From NCBI GenBank assembly GCA_001563875.1, contig LKMN01000009.1:1-24492 (forward strand): a stretch of DNA of 24,492 nt, given 5' to 3'. Source of the DNA: Nanohaloarchaea archaeon B1-Br10_U2g1 (GTDB lineage Archaea > Nanohalarchaeota > Nanosalinia > Nanosalinales > Nanosalinaceae). The position numbers and the translations under genes were made by a program. The notes beneath the pieces were generated by a model. That model saw only the letters and a list, made by a program, of their open reading frames with translations, searched no databases and had not been told where the DNA came from. This document shows, piece after piece, positions 15,564 to 22,374 of the stretch (position 1 is its first letter; every line of letters begins with the position of its first letter).

Positions 15564-18251
15564 ATGTATACTTCAAGAACGACAAGTATCCTCCTTGTAA
15601 CATTTTTAACTATCCTAATGTCTTTCAGTGCATCCTCGTGGGATGTCGAAGCGGCTGAAGAACCTCATATAAACCTACAGGTATCTAATAACTCACAGTT
15701 TTACGGTTTAGCAGAGGTAACGGATTCAGACGGCGATCCGGTAGATTTTGATAGGTTACAAGATGACAATGCTGAACTAGGATACTACTACAACATGTCG
15801 GAAGATAATGCTTCGGAAATGAACTACTTTGGAGAAGGTTGGTACTACGATAGCTTTACAGTGAATACTACGGCAGGAGACGAAGTCCTGTACGAACTAG
15901 AAGATGACTCTTCAGGCGGGTTTCAAGAGGAGGATATCCATGAACTTGAGTTCGGAGACCTAAACGTTGAGCTCCTAACCGACTTCTCGGAGCCTCTTCT
16001 CGCTAACTCGACACGTGAGGTAGAGGTTAATGTTACAAACAGTGATAATGAGCCTGTTGAAGACATAGATGTTGAGATAACATTCACAGACTTTACGGAT
16101 GTACATGAAGAAGAGATAAGACACTATGACTCGGAAGAAGAACTACATTACAGGTCTAGAGCTAGAATGCCTGAACAGGAAGATGAAACATTCCTGATGC
16201 ATGTAACCGCTGAAAACGAAGATCTGTACTATGAAAATCCTTTTGGAGGCGAAACACATATGGTTGAAACATCTCCACATCTCAGGGGAGAGGTAGAGGC
16301 TCTTGATTCCGACTCAGAATGCGACCAGGATTCAACTCCTGAGACATGTGAAAGAGGAGCGAATCTCAATACTAGCTTTGAGATAACTACCTCTGTTGCA
16401 GACGAAGTAAACCTGTCAGTTCAGAAAAAGATGATTGAAGGCGACTGGGAGACTTATGAAGAGATACCGCTTCAAGATGAAGAAGATCTTTTCACCGGAA
16501 GCTTTGAGATCCCTGAAATAAACACTTCTAACAAGACAGATGAAATAAGGTTACAGTACAACGCTTCTAATGAACAGACATACTTTATCGAAGATTATAA
16601 GCTGGACTATGAATCCTTCATGCTTAGAGACACAAGCTCCTCAAACACGGTCCCTGGAGACTATCATGTTGAGCTTGAGGTTCTGAAACCTTTCAGCCTA
16701 GAGGTGATAGATCCTGAAAGAGTAGAAGGATATGTGGAAGTCCGTGACACTGATGAAGGTCTCATTGAAACATTTGATCTTTCCGATATGAGTTACAGCG
16801 GAGGTAAATATGTACAAGACATATTCATACCTTTTGACTCTGTTCCAGGTCAGTACAGTATAAACTATGTTGTAGAAAATATTTACGGACAGGAAATAAC
16901 AGAAAACGCTAACTTCAATGTTGAAGACGTAAACCAGACATTTTATGTGAATCAGAGCATCGACACAGAGATCAATAAAACGGGAGAACACACCAGAGAG
17001 CTTTCGGTAGAGAACCTACTCAGCGAAGACATGAATCTTACATCAAGTGTAGACAGCGATCTAGAGGATTTCATAAGCCTAGAAGAAGACTACGAGATAG
17101 GTGGGGACGCAACTGAGACCATAGATTTAACCTTCAATATAGATCACGTAGAGTTCTTCAGCGGTGAGATAGAGTTCGAAGACAATGACTCGGGTTACAC
17201 TCAGACAACAGATATAGAGAACCAGGCGCCGGTATGTGACCAGAGAGATGGAGCTCTCTGTGTTACCTACAACGATATTAACGGAACGGTATACGAAGCA
17301 GATGAATCCGATACAGCGGAGCTAGATGTGAAGTACCTAGGGCTTAAAGACAATGAAACCGATGTGAACACGGATGTAGATGGAGCCTTATCCAACCATT
17401 TAAGCCTAGACCCGGTAAACACCACTCTGACCGAGGGAAATGATGTGCAGAACTTTGTCCTAGACTACAGTACTGACTCTCCTGAGAATCTTACAGGAAG
17501 TCTAGAAGTAAGTATGAACGGAGACAGTGTAGAGATTCCTTTGGAGCTGACATCCTATGTGGAGCCTCAGGACGCTGAGATAACCGTCCTAACAGATACT
17601 ATTGACCTAGGAGAAGTAGTAGAAGGAGAAGACTTAGAAGAAGATCTGGAGATTGAGAATACAGGAGATGTAGAGGTAGAGTCTTTAGATTACAGTTCAA
17701 CAAGCTACAATGTTGGTGGAGGCTCATCCAGTATTAAGGCCGGCGAGACGGTTGAGGAGACTATAGAGTTTACTGGTGTAGACTCGGACACTGGAACTGT
17801 AACTATTGAGGCAGAAACATCTGAAGAAACAGTGTCGGACTCAGTAGATGTTGAAGCTGAAACCTACGCGGACTACGGCGAACAGTCAGACGATCTTGAA
17901 GTTCAGGCCTCGGATCTTGACTCACAGATAGATGACGAAGAACTACAGTCAAGACTTTCAGATGTCCAAACTCAGATACCAGATATAAGCACAGAGTTCA
18001 GCAGCGGGAACTATGAGGAAGCTCAAACACTTTACAACGATCTCGACTCAGAGCTGGAAAGTATAGAGATGGAGCTACAGTCCCAAAACGGTCAAGGTCA
18101 GAACGGTGCACAGCCCCCTGAAGAAGATGGAGGTATACCTTTCCTGCCTATAGTTCTAGGCTTATTCGTCATACTTGTGATAGGTTTTATTGCCTACACA
18201 AGCGTTATACCTGAGGAAGGAGATCCATTATACAGCGTGTTGAACAAATGA
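15564..18251 (+). CDS. Large acidic cell-surface glycoprotein-like protein (signal peptide, beta-rich/Ig-like domains, coiled coil, C-terminal TM anchor)
   Basis: Signal peptide ending SASS, about 20 N-x-S/T sequons, an 'IENTGD' Ig/CARDB-like segment, a helical region before a Q/G/P linker, and the TM FLPIVLGLFVILVIGFIAY. Confidence 0.85.
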   Translation: MYTSRTTSILLVTFLTILMSFSASSWDVEAAEEPHINLQVSNNSQFYGLAEVTDSDGDPVDFDRLQDDNAELGYYYNMSEDNASEMNYFGEGWYYDSFTVNTTAGDEVLYELEDDSSGGFQEEDIHELEFGDLNVELLTDFSEPLLANSTREVEVNVTNSDNEPVEDIDVEITFTDFTDVHEEEIRHYDSEEELHYRSRARMPEQEDETFLMHVTAENEDLYYENPFGGETHMVETSPHLRGEVEALDSDSECDQDSTPETCERGANLNTSFEITTSVADEVNLSVQKKMIEGDWETYEEIPLQDEEDLFTGSFEIPEINTSNKTDEIRLQYNASNEQTYFIEDYKLDYESFMLRDTSSSNTVPGDYHVELEVLKPFSLEVIDPERVEGYVEVRDTDEGLIETFDLSDMSYSGGKYVQDIFIPFDSVPGQYSINYVVENIYGQEITENANFNVEDVNQTFYVNQSIDTEINKTGEHTRELSVENLLSEDMNLTSSVDSDLEDFISLEEDYEIGGDATETIDLTFNIDHVEFFSGEIEFEDNDSGYTQTTDIENQAPVCDQRDGALCVTYNDINGTVYEADESDTAELDVKYLGLKDNETDVNTDVDGALSNHLSLDPVNTTLTEGNDVQNFVLDYSTDSPENLTGSLEVSMNGDSVEIPLELTSYVEPQDAEITVLTDTIDLGEVVEGEDLEEDLEIENTGDVEVESLDYSSTSYNVGGGSSSIKAGETVEETIEFTGVDSDTGTVTIEAETSEETVSDSVDVEAETYADYGEQSDDLEVQASDLDSQIDDEELQSRLSDVQTQIPDISTEFSSGNYEEAQTLYNDLDSELESIEMELQSQNGQGQNGAQPPEEDGGIPFLPIVLGLFVILVIGFIAYTSVIPEEGDPLYSVLNK

Positions 18252-18733
18252 TCAGCTCATTTATATCTCAGATGCCTGAACAGGCAGCCACATTCATACT
18301 TCTAGGGCTGCTAGTTCTCGCGTTCGTTGTAGCTTTCAAAGTCCTCAAAATGGTTATGGAAACCGTTTTGATAACGGTTATCTCTGCCGGGTTTTACACA
18401 GCAATGGTTTTTGCAGGATTAATACAGGGCTTCGAGTTTAACCAGATGCTTTTCTTCTCGTTCCTAGGGTCCGGACTGTACCTTTTCTACTCGGTACTGG
18501 CCTCAACATACACGGTTCTAAGCAAAATGATAGCTGTACCGTACAAACTTGTACTGGTAGCTACAATACCTTTCAAGCACGGATACAGAACACTGAGAGC
18601 TCACTGGAGTCCACCTGATCTCAGAGAGAAGGTTGAAAACTGGAAGCCGGACAGTTACGAAGAAGAGATCGAAGACCAAGAATATGATACAAAAGAAGTT
18701 GTGCTTGACAAATTAAATAAAGAAGAAGAGTAA
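18248..18733 (+). CDS. Membrane protein (3-4 TM) with acidic C-terminal tail
   Basis: Hydrophobic N-terminal two-thirds. ATGA overlap with the 895-aa gene. Confidence 0.8.
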   Translation: MISSFISQMPEQAATFILLGLLVLAFVVAFKVLKMVMETVLITVISAGFYTAMVFAGLIQGFEFNQMLFFSFLGSGLYLFYSVLASTYTVLSKMIAVPYKLVLVATIPFKHGYRTLRAHWSPPDLREKVENWKPDSYEEEIEDQEYDTKEVVLDKLNKEEE

Positions 18734-18734
18734 G

Positions 18735-19421
18735 CTAATCTCCGAAGCTAAAGCTTCCTGCCTCAAGACTACTGACCTTTCCGTCAAGAATAACCGTCTC
18801 GTTCTCCGTAAATATCTTCATATCTCCAGAGAAAGAGTTTATATCCACAACACGGGAACCTTGACCGAACTCGGTTGAGGCGTCATCACTCTCGATACTT
18901 CCTCCGGTGTTACTTAGTGTGATAGGTGTTCTCTCAACATCTTCTACATATACATAACTGGTGTTAACTTCCTCGTTTACAGTCATCATGCCCGATACAT
19001 TAACATTGTTAGAGGTCACAGAGTCGGTACTACCTTCTAAAACAGTGCTGTTACCAGTGCTTATTGTCCCTCCGAAACTGTGAAGGTTTATTTCATCTTC
19101 AGAGCTTACTTCGTAGGCTCCTAGGTCTACATACTTAAGCTCTTCTGTCTCAACAGAGCCGGATGATCTAATATTGATGGTTTGCTGGTGCAGGTTTTCA
19201 ACGGTTAGGTTTGCCTTGACCGAGTTTTCAGGTTCAGGATAACTTCTGAAATGTTCTCTTATCTTGTCGACAGGGTCTTCAATAAACTCGGAGTAGTCAA
19301 AACCCTCATCAAAGTTATCTACTTCGGGTGTATCGTATTCTATCCCTTCACCGCCGTTCACCATTACGCCGGTAGCGACAAGTGAGGCCAGTACCGCTGT
19401 CAGTATCTTCGCATCAAGCAT
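18735..19421 (-). CDS. Hypothetical exported/membrane-anchored beta-rich protein
   Basis: Likely start is ATG 19421 (MLDAKILTAVLASLVATGVMV, a hydrophobic anchor), 24 nt downstream of a TATA box. The rest is acidic and S/T/V/N-rich. Confidence 0.75.
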   Translation of the reverse strand: MLDAKILTAVLASLVATGVMVNGGEGIEYDTPEVDNFDEGFDYSEFIEDPVDKIREHFRSYPEPENSVKANLTVENLHQQTINIRSSGSVETEELKYVDLGAYEVSSEDEINLHSFGGTISTGNSTVLEGSTDSVTSNNVNVSGMMTVNEEVNTSYVYVEDVERTPITLSNTGGSIESDDASTEFGQGSRVVDINSFSGDMKIFTENETVILDGKVSSLEAGSFSFGD

Positions 19422-19445
19422 ATCTTTGAGTTGGAGTAGCAGTGG

Positions 19446-19453
19446 ATATAAAA
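19446..19453. promoter_or_regulatory. TATA box centred between divergent ATGs (19421 - and 19479 +)
   Basis: Reads ATATAAAA on + and TTTTATAT on -, with 25 and 24 nt gaps to the two start codons. Confidence 0.55.
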
Positions 19454-19478
19454 CTATGACTACGAACTCCACCATTTA

Positions 19479-20048
19479 ATGCCAGAAAAGAGAACAGTTG
19501 TGCTCGTAGAACCTGAGAAACCAGAGAACACAGGTTTTATAGCACGTCTTGCTTTGAACTACAAATATTCTTTAAGAGTTGTGAATCCAGGTTTCAACCT
19601 TTCTGAAGCTAGGAAGACTGCTAAGAATGCTCAGGAGAAGCTTAGAGAGGCAAAGATATTCGGCTCAACGGAAGATGCTGTAAAGGATTTAGACTATGTA
19701 GTTGGAACAAAACCGGGTAGAGGAAGAAAGCTTTCCGGTTTCCCGGCCAGAAGAAACACTTCAGTAATGGTAGGAAGAGAAAGTTCAGGACTATCAAACG
19801 AAGAGCTTGAACTATGTGATACGGTAGTCCATATACATACACCGGGTTACAGCTCTCTAAACCAGAGCCATGCCGCAGCCATACTTCTTTACGGCTTAAG
19901 AAATCCTGAAGGACCTGGACCCTTGAAGAAACAGAAGGAAAAACTGAAAGAGGTCGCTCCTAAAACAGTCTACCGTAAGATAATTGATTCAAATCCGCGG
20001 GAAGAAGAGGTTGGCGAGATCATAAAAGAACTAAAAGAAAAGGGATAG
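19479..20048 (+). CDS. TrmJ/SpoU (SPOUT) family RNA 2'-O-methyltransferase
   Basis: VVLVEPEKPENTGFIAR, VGRESSGLSNEELELCD and YSSLNQSHAAAILLY motifs. Confidence 0.9.
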   Translation: MPEKRTVVLVEPEKPENTGFIARLALNYKYSLRVVNPGFNLSEARKTAKNAQEKLREAKIFGSTEDAVKDLDYVVGTKPGRGRKLSGFPARRNTSVMVGRESSGLSNEELELCDTVVHIHTPGYSSLNQSHAAAILLYGLRNPEGPGPLKKQKEKLKEVAPKTVYRKIIDSNPREEEVGEIIKELKEKG

Positions 20049-20054
20049 ACTTCC

Positions 20055-20831
20055 TTACACTTCTTCAACTGCTTGGTCAATCCAGTCAGGCCGTGGTACT
20101 TCAGCACTATCTATCTCGGAAGTTTCTACCTCTACGCTGTAGCTGTAGCCGTTTGTTTCATCATCTAGATCGTACTCCATCTCTCTGATGATTCCTTCGC
20201 TGTCCAGAGAAACCTTCCCGTATTCAAGATCGAAATCTGTTTCAACCGAATCTCCGAAGATATCGAGTTGGTCGAGATCTGTAGCTTTCAAGACCACAAC
20301 TTCTTCTGTGGAAAGCTCTTGATCCAAGTTGTATTCGAACCCGCCAACTACGGTAAAGATAGAGTCTAGGTATCCTTCTTGGAACTCCTCTTTTGCCTGT
20401 GTAAACTCTGAGAGTTGGTCTCTATGATCCTGGAAAAAATCTTCCTCCCTGTTGTAGGTGAAAGCTTCATCTCTTGGTACAGACATGTAGGTCTCCTGAT
20501 CATTCACTCTATCCGGTTCGGTGAGAAACTGGTTGAGTAGATACTCGTTTTCCTCTGAGTCTAACCAGAAATCTAGCTCTCGATCTCTGTCAAGGTCCAG
20601 CTCCATACTCTCTCTTTGTTGAAGCTCATGGCTAGTCTCTTTATATGCCTCTTGAGACTGTTGATGTAGGCTATCAATATCTGTGATGCCTTCTTCTGTT
20701 ACGCCTTCAGGAAACTCCATGTCTTCTGGAGATGTATCCTGACCGGTTTCGTCGGTACCGGTTTCAGAACATCCTGCGGTCAAAACTGCGGCTGTTAACC
20801 CTGTAGTTGCCAGAAATTTACGTCTTTTCAA
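20055..20831 (-). CDS. Tat-signal lipoprotein of haloarchaeal type (DUF7537-like)
   Basis: TTG start with AGGTG 8 nt upstream. KRRKFL twin-arginine motif, TAGC lipobox, PEGVTEEGITD and C-terminal VPRPDWIDQA. Confidence 0.8.
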   Translation of the reverse strand: MKRRKFLATTGLTAAVLTAGCSETGTDETGQDTSPEDMEFPEGVTEEGITDIDSLHQQSQEAYKETSHELQQRESMELDLDRDRELDFWLDSEENEYLLNQFLTEPDRVNDQETYMSVPRDEAFTYNREEDFFQDHRDQLSEFTQAKEEFQEGYLDSIFTVVGGFEYNLDQELSTEEVVVLKATDLDQLDIFGDSVETDFDLEYGKVSLDSEGIIREMEYDLDDETNGYSYSVEVETSEIDSAEVPRPDWIDQAVEEV

Positions 20832-20854
20832 ATCTAATACACCTGTATTAGGTT
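20831..20854 (-). promoter_or_regulatory. Inverted repeat covering the lipoprotein ribosome-binding site
   Basis: Minus strand AACCTAATAC-AGGT-GTATTAGATT: 10-bp arms with one mismatch and a 4-nt loop. Confidence 0.45.
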
Positions 20855-21005
20855 GTGAGAGCCAAATACTTTATAATTAATCATTAGAACCATTTGGGGA
20901 CTCATAAAGCGTTATGTTATAGGTTTTTTAGATGTTTCCTCGGTAAAAAGTCAGCGAAAAGTTGAGTCGTAATCAGATCTTATCGGTTAAGACAGAGAAA
21001 AGAGG

Positions 21006-21013
21006 TTTTAAAG
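21006..21013 (+). promoter_or_regulatory. TATA box of the DUF1512 gene
   Basis: TTTTAAAG with a purine-rich BRE-like run upstream, 22 nt before ATG 21036. Confidence 0.55.
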
Positions 21014-21035
21014 ATCAAGCCGAAAGTTTACAGAT

Positions 21036-22295
21036 ATGATCCCTGGATTTTTCGGTGAAGCCGGTAGCTGGTTTATAATACTTCAAACACTTTCAATGCT
21101 GTTATTTATACTGTTGATATTCTTCTTCCCGAAGCTAATGTTCTGGCAGGCTGACAGGAAGATGAGAAATACATTAATCGATCTTGAGACGTACAGAGAC
21201 GACGCCGAGACCATGTTCCTGAACAAGCTTTCCAACGGGATAGATAAGAGTACACAGCAAAAGTTCGAGACACTGAAAGATTTCAAGTTCTCAGCTCCAA
21301 CAGGTATTGACCCTGCGGGACTCGTAGGAAAACTTGAAAATGTTTTAGATGCCTCAGAGAACAAGTTTGACCGATTCATCGAAAGAAACGCAGAAACAGA
21401 AGATCCTGAAGAGCTGGCGGATCTACAGATGGCTTTCAAAGGAGTAATGGGCACACATCAAATCTACAAGGTTACAAGACATTTCAGAGAGCTGATCACG
21501 AAAACAAGAAACATTCAGTTGATAGGTCTGATACAGATGATGCTTCCTGTATACCAAGAGCTTGCAGAATCCCAGAGAGAAGCTACAAGAGCCTTCGTAG
21601 ATCAAGCGCCGATAGGCGATGCAATAGGACCATTAGTTGCAGCCAAACTTATTGAAGAAGATTCTGAAGAGATTGCTGAAGACATAGTACATAGCGAAGA
21701 AGAGATAAAAGGCAACAAGGTTCACGTGATTAAAAGTAATGGTCCTGGAGCAAGACTAGGAAAATACGGTAACGCATTAGACAGTTTAGCTGAAGAAAAC
21801 AGTTTAGAAGCAGTAATAACCGTTGATGCAGGAGCCAAGCTTGAAGGAGAAAAGACCGGAGCCCTAAGTGAAGGAGTAGGAGTAATGATGGGAGGTCCGG
21901 GAGTAGAAAAATCAAAGATAGAGGATGTGGCTGCAGAACATGAACTACCTCTAGAAGGATTGATAATCAAGCAAAGCCCGGCGGAAGCCTCCAAACCAAT
22001 GAAGAAAAAGATTTACGACTCATACAAGCCGGCAGTCAAAAAAGTGGAACAGCTGGTGGAGGAGATCGACGGTGAAGTAGCAGTAGTAGGCGTAGGAAAC
22101 ACCTGCGGGGTAGCAAATAAACGAGAAGATGTTAAAGCAGTACATAACAGACTAAGAAAATACTGGAAAGAGTACGAGGAACAGGAAGAGGAAGAAGTAA
22201 GCTACATAGGAATGCTTGGAGCCATGCCTAACAGCGGAGATCAGAGCCAGTTACGGGAGATCAGGAACTCAATACTCTGGAGAATACCGAGATGA
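21036..22295 (+). CDS. DUF1512 family membrane-anchored protein
   Basis: N-terminal TM, then PTGIDPAGLVGKLE, IYKVTRHF, PIGDAIGPLVA, GPGARLG, ITVDAGAKLEGEKTG..SEGVGV..GGPGVEK and VGVGNTCGV. Confidence 0.88.
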   Translation: MIPGFFGEAGSWFIILQTLSMLLFILLIFFFPKLMFWQADRKMRNTLIDLETYRDDAETMFLNKLSNGIDKSTQQKFETLKDFKFSAPTGIDPAGLVGKLENVLDASENKFDRFIERNAETEDPEELADLQMAFKGVMGTHQIYKVTRHFRELITKTRNIQLIGLIQMMLPVYQELAESQREATRAFVDQAPIGDAIGPLVAAKLIEEDSEEIAEDIVHSEEEIKGNKVHVIKSNGPGARLGKYGNALDSLAEENSLEAVITVDAGAKLEGEKTGALSEGVGVMMGGPGVEKSKIEDVAAEHELPLEGLIIKQSPAEASKPMKKKIYDSYKPAVKKVEQLVEEIDGEVAVVGVGNTCGVANKREDVKAVHNRLRKYWKEYEEQEEEEVSYIGMLGAMPNSGDQSQLREIRNSILWRIPR

Positions 22296-22342
22296 AATCG
22301 GTTCTCGTCCTTTATTCTATTCGTTCTACGTTGAAAAATTGA

Positions 22343-22350
22343 TTTAAACA
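22343..22350 (+). promoter_or_regulatory. TATA box of the large secreted protein gene
   Basis: TTTAAACA preceded by GAAAAA (BRE-like), 24 nt before ATG 22375. Confidence 0.55.
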
Positions 22351-22374
22351 AGGGTCTAGAATTTCAACTTGTAT

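Noticed and set aside
19422-19475. Track start at 19475 for the minus-strand protein
   Set aside because: It would leave only 3 nt between divergent genes. ATG 19421 gives a proper N-terminal anchor and TATA spacing.
20855-21005. Long intergenic stretch as a possible SRP RNA, tRNA or other structured RNA
   Set aside because: AT-rich with no extended stems or cloverleaf, and adequately explained by two divergent promoters.
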